A stretch of 64,000 bases of DNA from Macrostomum hystrix (Eukaryota > Animalia > Platyhelminthes): contig CATNEN010000031.1 in NCBI GenBank assembly GCA_950097015.1, forward strand, positions 2,542,001 through 2,606,000, in the 5' to 3' direction. Below the pieces are notes generated by a model. The model was not told where the DNA came from. It worked only from the letters and a program-made list of their open reading frames with translations, and did no database searches. Shown here piece after piece: positions 55,601 to 64,000 of the stretch. How positions within the stretch are numbered: the stretch's first letter is position 1; every line of letters starts with the position of its first letter. A program made the translations under genes and the position numbers.

Positions 55601-56607
55601 CAACACAAGCGGAGGAGTTCGTCAGTCGGTGCCGCAGCTGTGTCATCACGTCTCACACGCCAGCCGTCCGGGCTACGCCTCTGCAGCCGACGCCTATCCC
55701 TAAGGGCGCCTGGTTGTCGATTGGGGCTGACTTTGTAGGCCCGATCAACAACAACATGCTGCTGGTGTGCGTGGACAGATACTCGAGATTCCCAGAGGTG
55801 CAGCTCATGCAGACAACGACGGCCGAGGCACTGGTCCCGCGCCTGCGAGAAATGTTCGCGCGATTTGGCATCCCGCAGGAGCTCGTAACTGACAACGGGC
55901 CGCCATTTTCATCCAAGGAGTTTGGCCGTTTCCTAGAAAGCTACGGCATCAAGCACCGCCTCATCACGCCTTACTACCCAGCCGCCAACGGCATGACAGA
56001 GCGGCTGAACCGCTCAATCAACAAGGTCGTGCGGGCGGCAATCGAGGAGCGGCGCGACTGGAGGGCTGCTCTGGACGAGTGGCTGCTGGCCTACAGGAAC
56101 ACGCCGCACACAGCCACGGGCCGCGCGCCAGCCGAGCTGCTGATGGGCCGGCGACCAAATGATGTCATCCCCGCCGCCCGGCCATCCCAGCGCGTCCGCA
56201 TCAACGAGCAGCGGCTGCGAGAGATGGATGCGAGCGCCAAGGCCGCGATGAAGCAGCGAGCGGACGCCAGGAGGCGGCCACGGCGGCACGAAATCCAGGT
56301 CGGCGATTCGGTGCTGCGACGGCGAGTCGGTGCCAGCAAGACGCAAACGCCATTCGAGAGCGGCGCCTGGACAGTCCAGCGGGTGGCCGGCAACTCGCTG
56401 ATGCTGCGTCGTGACGGCGCGGCCTGCTGGCGGCATTGCACGGCGGTCAAGGTCGTCACCCCAGAATCAGACGACGCTGGTGCCAGGCCGCAGGCTGCCG
56501 CGCCAGAAACTCCAGGCGAGGCGGCGCGGAACCCGGCCGAATCCCCGGTGGCGCTGCGCCCGCACCCCCGCGCCGCACGGGGTGGCGTGAAGATCTACAA
56601 GGACTAA
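52624..56607 (+). CDS. Gag-Pol polyprotein, single ORF, 1327 aa
   Basis: Paired Zn-knuckle region (CNRCGRPGH...CRKCGKPGHFARAC), aspartic protease LIDSGA, RT (ELDIAKAFYQ, WIHDDVVVFG), RNase H (VDAGPTGLGA, YSQTEKEALA, SDHKPL), integrase HHCC plus GADF...TDNGP...NGMTER. Order PR-RT-RH-IN indicates Ty3/Gypsy. Confidence 0.96.
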   Translation: MTEQISLAPPGQFVIDSDCHSTAQRWTAWARRFATYINAAGIHDAKRGQHLLLYAAGEELQTIVEENEIDAGEDYSSLAKNIQEFWDGKNSIVFLRFKFETCRQQQGETIDQWYQRLRKAAEPCEFGAIKDSLIRDKIVAYCDSERLRRDFLQSKDITLTDVLRKARAKEAAEQQASAMENGRPGEPQQQLAAIRRAEQPPGPQVRCNRCGRPGHSTCAAAQGKSCRKCGKPGHFARACRSRQEAPQSNSNAVAMLQGETSYERVDDPDTGIFKVDQEEQSAHTVAEINGTRLSVLIDSGAARNVINRATFESLKQRPRLQAASDRLFAYGSDRPMQLIGKAAMSIRLFGRRAVATFHVVEGRGITIIGRQTATQMEILRIGPPPTVDHQVLQVAEAEAAVDSLLGNTRSSGMPQDALGRILRKYSSVLSGIGCFTGPPVSIHLTDNARPVCHAPSKVPIHLAEAVDKELQLLEQLGIIEPVDGPVPWVARMVVVPKKEPGEVRITQDLRDVNRYVIRERHQIPTFEEVTGDMAGSTVFSELDIAKAFYQVPVAEECRNLLTFSTPRGLRRLTRLCMGLSTSQEILQSVMCRVLSGLPNVKWIHDDVVVFGRTMAEHNSSLEACLARLAQHGITLNARKCRLARSSIEFMGMRLTAEGVQATESKVAAVQEFKEPETISQLRSFLGLVNYLAVFTPQLAKVAEPLRRLTRKNTDWQWGADQASAFAQLKRSIAEPTTLAFYDKRLRTQLIVDAGPTGLGAILAEVQHDGSSRPVAYASRTLSDVERRYSQTEKEALAVKFGCLKFEYYLYGSPEFTVISDHKPLTAMYAPGSRPPPRVERMALRIQHLVFKVEYQPGASNAADILSRQPLNAEGSRTSEQLREAYINEVAQAAVPKALTLEDIRKSSASDPVIRAAIAAMQGGQWDRSSAEMRSLHALREELSAVDGVLLRHQRIVVPAALRQQMLELAHQGHQCSQKTTARLSSKVWWPRMATQAEEFVSRCRSCVITSHTPAVRATPLQPTPIPKGAWLSIGADFVGPINNNMLLVCVDRYSRFPEVQLMQTTTAEALVPRLREMFARFGIPQELVTDNGPPFSSKEFGRFLESYGIKHRLITPYYPAANGMTERLNRSINKVVRAAIEERRDWRAALDEWLLAYRNTPHTATGRAPAELLMGRRPNDVIPAARPSQRVRINEQRLREMDASAKAAMKQRADARRRPRRHEIQVGDSVLRRRVGASKTQTPFESGAWTVQRVAGNSLMLRRDGAACWRHCTAVKVVTPESDDAGARPQAAAPETPGEAARNPAESPVALRPHPRAARGGVKIYKD

Positions 56608-56825
56608 ACCAAGGACTGAAAACGAACTGACTTTTCTACTGACATTAACATCACATGCACGCTTTTCTTTGCAAGTCCGATGCGACTATCATTTCGAGTG
56701 TTTTATTTCCTCCAATAGCTGCATATTTTTTTTCGGTCGAGTTCTTTTTCGTTTTTTTCGACATCTTGCTTCTCGAATTCGTTCTTTTTTTGTCTCCCCA
56801 CAGTTTCTGTTCGAAGGGGGAGAGA

Positions 56826-57010
56826 TGTAGTGTGCGTACGCACGTGAGCCAGGCCCAGGTGTACACCTGGGTCGTTTGATTGGTTGCGGAGCGGGGTGGG
56901 TGTCGCCACCCCAGTTCTAGCAAATAATATATGGACGCGCGCTCAGCGTGGCAGTAAAGATTGAGAGTTTTGTCTGCTCACTAAAAATAGCCTCGGCCTT
57001 AGTTATTACA
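56826..57010 (+). repeat. 3' LTR
   Basis: Direct repeat of 52407-52591, preceded by the PPT. Confidence 0.97.
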
Positions 57011-57020
57011 GACACAAATG

Positions 57021-57026
57021 TTTATT
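57021..57026 (-). promoter_or_regulatory. Putative CLCA polyadenylation signal AATAAA
   Basis: About 150 nt after the CLCA stop codon, 10 nt from the LTR edge. Confidence 0.55.
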
Positions 57027-57174
57027 GATGCATATTCATACACGTGCGATAATTAGTAAAATCGGTGTCAATTCATGCAAGACTTTAGGAACTTCGAAAA
57101 GCAGTATATACGAGCGTATATAGTTTGCAACTGTCTTAGTGTTGATTTAACTTGAAGGCAGCTTAGAACTACCA

Positions 57175-60100
57175 CTACGAGAGCAGATTCACCCAAAGTG
57201 ACACGGCGAAGAGGCTCAGGCTCGTGAGCAGCAGTCCGCTGACCCCGCTGCTCTGCAGCACTCCGCGGCCACCCGCAGTGGTTGTCTGAATCTCTGGAGC
57301 TCGCGTGCTGCTCGTCAAGGTGCCGTCGATGCTGTCGATGTTGTCGGGCAGCTTCAGCTGAGTGGCCACCAGATTGGACAGGTCCGACTCGACTCCCTTG
57401 TCGCTGACAGTCTTCACAGCTAGGTAGAAGGTGCTGTTGTAGCTGGCCAGCTGGTCAGCGCTGATGTTGATGGAGTGCGCGGAGCCGGCCTCCAGCGGAG
57501 TCACCGTCACTGACACGTTGTCGGCCGAGTGAAAGTCCTCCTCGATCAGGGTGTCGTTCTCTGACGTCTTGATGATGATGCTGGCAGCTGGAGTCAAGGT
57601 TATTTAATACTCTGAGAAAATATGTTCACGGCAAGAGCATCAGAGCAAGAACAGACACAGGTGCATGCAGGTACACACCAGTTCCCTGGTCCTGTTCGTT
57701 GCCCACTGCAGTCCACCAAAGTCGGATTGTCTTTGATGGCAGGTGGACTGACACCTTCAGATCCTTGACGGGATTCGGCGGTAGATTCTGCAGACTGCCG
57801 AGGTCGACGGACTGCACATAGAACTTTCCGGCACTCGTCACCCGGCTCACAGGTGAGTCACTGATGAGCCTGACGTTGTACTCTTGCACTTTGGAGACAC
57901 TCTTGAGCGGCACCTGAGCAGTGTAGATCCCGTCTCCTGCTTCGGAATCGGGGACTGGAAGCCGAGGAGGTGGAGGGTCGCAACTGAAGGTCGGGTCGGA
58001 GTTGATGAATGGAAGATCGCCTCATATACTCCAAACTCCAAACTCACAAACTCCATCGTCCTGCAAGTTGAGCACCGCGTCGGTGTCTTTCTCGGACTCT
58101 ATCTTGGCCAGAATGGCCGCACCTCCGATGCGCTCGAAGCCTCGGAACACGGAGGCGGTAATGAGGATCGAGGTGGATCGGTTCAGGCGGATGTTGAGGT
58201 CAGCGCTCACCGAGCCTTCCAGCACCACAGGCTCCTCCTGATTGGCGGGCTTCGATGTGACGGTGAGGGCGGACCGGGTGTTGATTACCTGTGAGCTGGA
58301 CCAGGACGGCTGCAGCAGGGCTGACGTGCCGTCGGACGCCCGCCACTCACCGACCTGCAATGCAGTCATAGGAAGCGTATAATTCTGCCTATGCGACCAT
58401 GTTCTAAACTTTTTACTAAGTAAAAATGGAAGTCGTAGCTCGTACCTCAGCCTGACCGTCGATTTTAATGGTCACTGTGCCATGCGTTATGTCCTTGTAG
58501 TACTCGCGTGAGTTTCGGTCGTATATTTTTCCATTCGGGCTCATGACTTTCAGATCCATGTTTTTAATGTCTGACGCACGGTAAGTGCTGAGCATAAAGC
58601 TGGTGTCCTTGCCGATGGAATCATCGATGTTGACTGGGACGTTGAACACGCTCTCTATTTGTGATGAAAACACCTAAATTTCAGACCATCCAGAGTGTGT
58701 TTTATAATGGCTTCTCTGTTTTGCTAATAAAGGACAATTTCGCAAAAAGTCTACTAGGCACTCACATCGATTGGCATACTGGATGAGTCGACCCTCTTCT
58801 GAACCATCAGAATGAGCTGGTCAATAAAATCATAAGCGGAATCTTGAAACCTGCAAGTGAAGCTCAGCCCGTTAGTGTCTTCTGATATTTGCGTGAGTCG
58901 TTTGTCAGCCTTTGGTCCGAATGTAACGGTGTCAACAATCAGTGACATATTTTTTAGCAAATCGGCTGCCGCTGGCAGCGAGTAGTTTTGGACTCTGTTT
59001 TCAGCGCCATCCGATAGAAGCAGTATGTAGCCCGGAACATTGTTTCTCGGATTTTCTGGGTTTACACCAAGAATCTGAAACGAAAAATAGTTTGGAAAGA
59101 CATGAATCTGAGGTGCCTGAGCTCGAATCCGCGGCGAGGCCGCAGTCATTTAAGGAGCAGCCTCGGACACAAGGCTTGTGGCACAGTGAGAGTGTACACT
59201 TCCAGGGCACGATGAGAAAGTCAAGGTACGTGTAAAAACCAGTGTACGTGTGTGTGCTCAGGAGTCAGCGGAATGGACAATTATAACAATTACAACAATT
59301 ATAACCCGAGCTCACTCTCATTCCCAGCGCTAGAGCATCTCCGATGGCGGTAAATCCACTGGCGGACAATCGTTTCGCGGCGTCACTGTATTCTCTGCGA
59401 ATCGTCTCTGAACTGAGAAAAGTTAGCGGCTTCACTAGCTGAGTCAGATGATTGAAGGTTATCAGGGCGCACTCGATTCCATCCTCCAGCAGTGACTCCA
59501 AAAACTTTGTCATACCAACCTTTATTTTATTAAGTGGATCACCCTGAAACAAATCATGATTCTCGTTTAGAACCCCTAGGAATCGAATCAATACGCTCGT
59601 ATATCTGCATCAGAATAACTAGAAATTAAATAATAGTTTAAACCTGCCCCAATTAGACCAGATGTTTAGCCGACAGCACAGCCGCTGCTATTGCGTGGCG
59701 AATCTGAAGGCTGCATCTGAAGGTTCAGTTGGAAGGTTCAGGACTGGGAGGTTGCTAAACCCAACCTCAAATACCCTGGCTGATGCTGGTACCCATTTAA
59801 CAGCTGGATGAACCGAAGCAACGCAGAGCTAAGTTTTTTGCGAAAGGACACCTATTATACTAGTGGAGTCGTGAAACGAGTCCCCAAGGCGTAATTTAAA
59901 CGCCCTAACCTGTGTGCTGCAACCCCCTCTGACTATTGTGCTTACATTCATGCTGCTGCTGATGTCAATTATGATGACGAGTCTTCGATATGGCAGCGGT
60001 CGCACCACCGAGAGCTGAATCGTTGGCCTTCGTGGAGATAATTCTGGATTTCTGGCAAAGTCTCCAGTTAGCGACATCTTCATCAGGGCTCTGGCACCTC

Positions 60101-61387
60101 TGTGAGGCCGGCAGGCGCTATTCAATGGCACAGGGGCCCGTCTATTGTGCTGAAGCTCAACCGGTCCGGAGTCTGAGTGATCGCAGAAGTGCTCAATTCC
60201 TTTCACATCAGTCGTGCTTAGAAGAGAAGCCAAAGCTTCTTGTTCGGCGTACGGATAGAACTTGCACTGCGGCTCCAGCTCAGTGGTATTCACGTCAACT
60301 TTGCAAGGTTGATTGGTTACGTTGTGTCTGAAGATCCCTCGGATTTCTTTAGTGCAAATAGCCGGAATAATTTTACCGTCCTCCATGTAGTATTGCTGTC
60401 CATTTTCACCGTTGTGCTCACTTCTAAGACCCCAACGGAGCTGGCCAAATTCCGCCAGCATTTTCTTGCCAACTGAAATTTTTTGGGTAGATCAAAGCAG
60501 TTAAAAGTGCTGCCCACTTAAAAGAATGCCCAACTGTAAGATGTAAAGAATGACGCAATTTTCATACGCCTGTATTCGTCGGCCTTGTAAAAGTGTCCCG
60601 TGTCAAAAACGGTATAGTCTCCAGGAACGCCACACGGACTGCTGTGGTAGGTGTAGTGCAGCTGCTCAGGCACGTGTCCCAATCGAATGTCAGAGTTTTC
60701 AAATGTCTGCCAGGTGGAGCTCTCATCAACAGCCGTCCTGTTTGTCCAGGTCCTCGGCACCAAGATGTACGCGTGTTCCAGGCGAAGACTGGCGCCATTG
60801 TTAAACATTGGCTCCGTAGCGATGGAGAGCTGCTGGGAGAACTGGACCAGTGTTCTCTGCAGGAATAATGTTTTTATGTTTTATTTATTGATTTTTTAAC
60901 TACGGCGCATCGCCAGTTGCCCGTTACATTTTATTAAAAATTGGCAGAAGGGCTGTGGGCGATGGCACAATATTTGGTGATAGCGGACCTGCAGCCAGTG
61001 AGGTGTTTTTGGCCATTCCGCTGCCTCCAGAGCACACACGCAGACAGATACTGTACGCAGGCACACACTCACACTGGTGTGTACATCTGTCCTGACTTTC
61101 TCATCTTCAGGCAGTGTGCACACTGTGCGAGGAGGTTGGCCCTCAAAGGGTGTAAATTGCACGACAAGCCTCAAGCCCCGAACTCCCCGCAGCTGCGTCT
61201 TAAATGGTTGTACCTTTATTTTTTCTACAAGCTGGGGATCCTCAGGCAGACTTCGGTTGATTGCAATCACCAGATCCTTGTAGCTGCCGTCACTGCTTAA
61301 TCTTAGTCGGCTTCGCTCTTTGGCAAAAAGTGGCATTGCGGCAATCAGCAGCAGCAGCAGCAGAAGCTGCAGCGTCACACGGAGCAT
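57175..61387 (-). CDS. CLCA: Calcium-activated chloride channel regulator (CLCA) family protein, about 916 aa, 9 exons
   Basis: Exons 61387-61214, 60856-60568, 60472-59946, 59543-59316, 59074-58766, 58673-58446, 58354-58048, 57954-57679, 57587-57175 join in frame. Signal peptide; DGSYKDLVIAI..LPED; ILVPRTW; CG.PG; LRWG; vWA motifs IIDISSSM, SASGFTAIGDAL, LLLSDGAEN; DDGVFPDSEAGDGIYT; PPNPVKDL, WTAVG, SDLSNL; hydrophobic C-terminus. Confidence 0.9.
59105..59305 (+). mobile_element. SINE family B, degenerate copy e (CLCA intron 4)
   Basis: gatgagaaagtca, gtgtgtgctcaggagtcagcggaatgg, (ACAATT) tail. Confidence 0.6.
59625..59910 (-). mobile_element. Second, more diverged copy of the CORE-like SINE (CLCA intron 3)
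   Basis: Reverse complement matches 23569-23878 (gtgtcctt..caa..acttagctctgc.ttgcttc.gttca.ccagctg.taaatgggtaccagcat). Confidence 0.75.
60925..61200 (-). mobile_element. SINE family B, copy f (CLCA intron 1)
   Basis: Body matches copies a and c (gcacacacgcagacagatactgtacgcaggcacactcaca, taaattgcacgacaagcc). Confidence 0.7.
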
Positions 61388-61934
61388 CGTCAGATTGAGC
61401 TGTTGTATTTTAGTAGGTCGATGACAATTGTTAACTGTAAGTCGATTATTCGCTGGGTCCTTGGGCAAATAAATAGTATGTCAGAGGCGGACATGACTCA
61501 AGTTCAAAGTCAAGAATTTTATTTATGATAACATGGCTTATCTCCTGCTGTTTTAGCTGAATGACTGTTTATGTCGACTTGATTTTTTTATTTTAAACCT
61601 TTTTTTAAAAAATGTGCCTTTCTTTCATTAACTTTATCTCGAATCCTTGAGAATGCAGCATGCAAATATTTCAAATTTGCCCTTCGCCCCAGCGCTTCTA
61701 CGTACGACTCGTATGTCTGTGAAATTTAATCGCAAAACGTAACTTCACGACTTTAAGAGCTCAGGCACAAATATTTGGATAAGAAATTTAGTTTTTTTAT
61801 AGAGGGTAAAACTTAATAAAACATTGTGCTGTAAGATTCATTGTCCATATAGCTTTCAATATGGTTTTCTTGGTCGTCAGCAAGTCTGCGCCGCGGCACC
61901 TCCAGGTCCGCTGGAATGTCATTTAACACGTTCA

Positions 61935-62098
61935 GCAGGTGAATTTACCGACATACTCATACCCATCTTACACCTGGGTGAGCTCAATCATTAGGTTGTT
62001 AACTGTCTCGCTCAGAGGCACATATAGTTGTCCTTGGGCTGAGATTCGAACTCCAGACCTTCGAACTCGAACTCAAATTTGTTGTCATAAATGGCCTA
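61935..62098 (-). mobile_element. Related CORE-like SINE fragment
   Basis: Minus strand: B-box GAGTTCGAATCT, GTGCCTCTGAGCGAGACAGTTAAC, CACCCAGGTGTAAGATGGGTA. Confidence 0.6.
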
Positions 62099-62176
62099 GA
62101 GAGAAATTCAAAATGAGAGAAGAAAAATAGAGAGAGATGCGCCAAAGGCGTAGGCGCACAAAATTTACACACTTAC

Positions 62177-63230
62177 TCTCATTCCTAGTACCAGTCCGTC
62201 TCCAATCGCAGTGAAGCCACCAGCCGACAGAGCCCTGACGGCCTTGGCGAAATCCTCCCTATCAGCCAGCGAGTTGAAGACGCTCAGTGGCTTAACAAGC
62301 TGCGTTGTTTCGGAGAATACCAGAGCGCACTCGATGCCATCCTCCAGTAGATTGAGAACGAATCTTTCAACGTCAACCATGATTTTATTCAGCGGATTGC
62401 CCTGAAGCAAACAGGATTTATCTTACAATTTTGTATTTTGAAATTCGAGCATGTTGTTGATGCCATCCCGTCTTGACTCTAATTATACGCGAGCCCTGAC
62501 GATTTCCGAAACGGATGAAAAAACCTTTATGTGATTCTAAACTAAATTTAAGCCTCAGAAATTTCATTGCAATACGATAACCATGCTTACTCTCATGCTC
62601 CCGCTAACGTCGATGATAAGAACAAGCCTGCGATACGGCAACGGTCGCACCACACTGACGTGCATCGGCGGAGGAACGCTCCCTTCGGGCGACGGGGCAG
62701 CGCGGAAATCTCATAACTGTCTCATGATGTCGCGGGCGCTTTGATGTCTCATGATGTCACTCACCAATTACCTACCATCGCTCACCAATTACCTACCATC
62801 ACTTACCAATTACCTACCATCACTCACCAATTACCTACCATCACTCACCAATTACCTACCATCACTTACCAATTACCTACCATCACTCACCAATTACCTA
62901 CCATCACTCACCAATTACCTACCATCACTCACCAATTACCTACCAACACTCACCAATTACCTACCATCACTCACCAATTACCTACCATCACTCATTAATC
63001 GCCTACCATCTAGGATACTAGGTGAGTCGTGCGTATTTGTTTTTCGGTCATTCAATGGTATTTTAGAAAAAATGTCAGTTAATTATACCTTAATCTTGTT
63101 CACAAGCTGTGGATCCTCAGGTAAGCTCACTATCGATTGCAATCACCAGATTCCTGTAGCCGCCATCGCTGCCTAAGCTGAGACCGGCGATCGGTGCCAA
63201 GACTTTTGAAATCTAGTTATTCATTTAGAC
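62177..63230 (-). pseudogene. Truncated, internally deleted CLCA paralogue
   Basis: Exon-1 homologue at about 63090-63200 (SDGGYRNLVIAIDS...PEDPQLVNKIK) with a +1 frameshift. Remnant of the exon-3 end at about 62591-62735 (VVRPLPYRRLVLIIDVSGSMR) with an in-frame stop. Exon-4 homologue 62401-62177. No later exons are seen before the intact CLCA. Confidence 0.75.
62750..63000. repeat. 21-bp minisatellite CACCAATTACCTACCATCACT
   Basis: About 11 copies, located at the deletion point of the CLCA pseudogene. Confidence 0.93.
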
Positions 63231-63719
63231 CACAGATACTTTATATTACTACGAGCTAATATTAGTAATAAAGTATCAATTACTTATATAGACAGTCTAT
63301 AAAGCGGTAGCAATCCAAGGTAAGAGCTGGATTGGAGTGAAGTTTTTTTATTTAATGTGGCCAGTTACAAAGAAAATTGAAAATATGAATTTGTAACAAA
63401 TTCATTGATAAAAGACCGAATGATAGGAAAACTTGTCTACTTTGTACTTGCAAAGCTTGACGCACAGTCTGTTTTTATATTGTAAAAAATAGAGACTCCA
63501 GCCGAGTGGTCGCATGACGGGCTAGTATACATTTACGCTAATAAATTGTATTGATAGCCAGTCAAATTTTAGGCAAACTAAGAAATATATTTAGGTACTC
63601 GTAAGTGCAAATGCATATTAAGGATTGCGATAGCTCTAATTCAACTTCATGGAACATTATTTACGAATTTTTGCACCGGGATTCCGGGAACGACAATCAC
63701 CACAATGTTCATGACGTTA

Positions 63720-64000
63720 CTAAACTACGGTCTTTGCGGATTTCTCGCGCTTCAGCAGCCACAGTTTAGTGGCGTCCGCTTTGCCACCTGCGAAGTGGCC
63801 AGGCGAGCCGTCGGTGCGAACCACCCGATGGCAGGGCACCAGCAGTGGCACCGGATTCGCGCGCATAGCCGAGCCGACAGCTCTAGCTGCACCGGGATTT
63901 GCGCCAGCCAGCGAGGCCAACTGCTGGTAGCTGACGGTGACGCCTGGCGGCACAGAGGCGGCCAGGGCGCGCCAGACTCGATAACGAAAGCTACCCGGCG
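63720..64000 (-). CDS. MGMT: Methylated-DNA-protein-cysteine methyltransferase, 3' part (runs off the window)
   Basis: [56 protein letters not shown]; active-site PCHR. Confidence 0.9.
   Translation of the reverse strand, partial: PGSFRYRVWRALAASVPPGVTVSYQQLASLAGANPGAARAVGSAMRANPVPLLVPCHRVVRTDGSPGHFAGGKADATKLWLLKREKSAKTVV

Larger units (their letters stand above)
52407..57010 (+). mobile_element. Full-length Ty3/Gypsy LTR retrotransposon (Mag-like)
   Basis: 185-bp TG...CA LTRs at 52407-52591 and 56826-57010, identical by eye. 5-bp TSD GACAC (52402-52406 / 57011-57015). PBS starting TGGCATCG at 52593. PPT GAAGGGGGAGAGA at 56813-56825. Confidence 0.97.

Overview
Eukaryotic (metazoan, probably lophotrochozoan) genomic DNA. 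GC-rich exons and minisatellite-filled introns are consistent with a Macrostomum-like flatworm; this is inference, not demonstrated. Left third: a multi-exon Musashi RNA-binding gene on the minus strand, with at least 10 exons whose splice junctions I read in frame. It lies head-to-head with a plus-strand run of four genes: 4-exon ACADS, intronless POLR1C/RPAC1, a small secreted six-cysteine (eclosion-hormone-like) peptide and a NUDT16-like Nudix hydrolase. Centre (about 38-52.2 kb): one Helitron concatemer, in which an apparently intact 9.5-kb, 9-exon STPR-OTU-Rep-helicase Helitron sits inside head-to-tail arrays of about 330-bp mini-Helitrons. The minis share its 5' end but carry a different hairpin-CTAG terminator. 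Next comes a very young, complete Ty3/Gypsy (Mag-like) LTR retrotransposon with identical LTRs and a 5-bp TSD, inserted at the 3' end of a 9-exon CLCA gene whose HExxH motif is degenerate. A broken partial CLCA duplicate and the 3' part of an MGMT gene close the window. Two tRNA-derived SINE families (one with a CORE-like domain) and many tandem repeats are scattered throughout. All coordinates were read by eye and may be off by a few bases.
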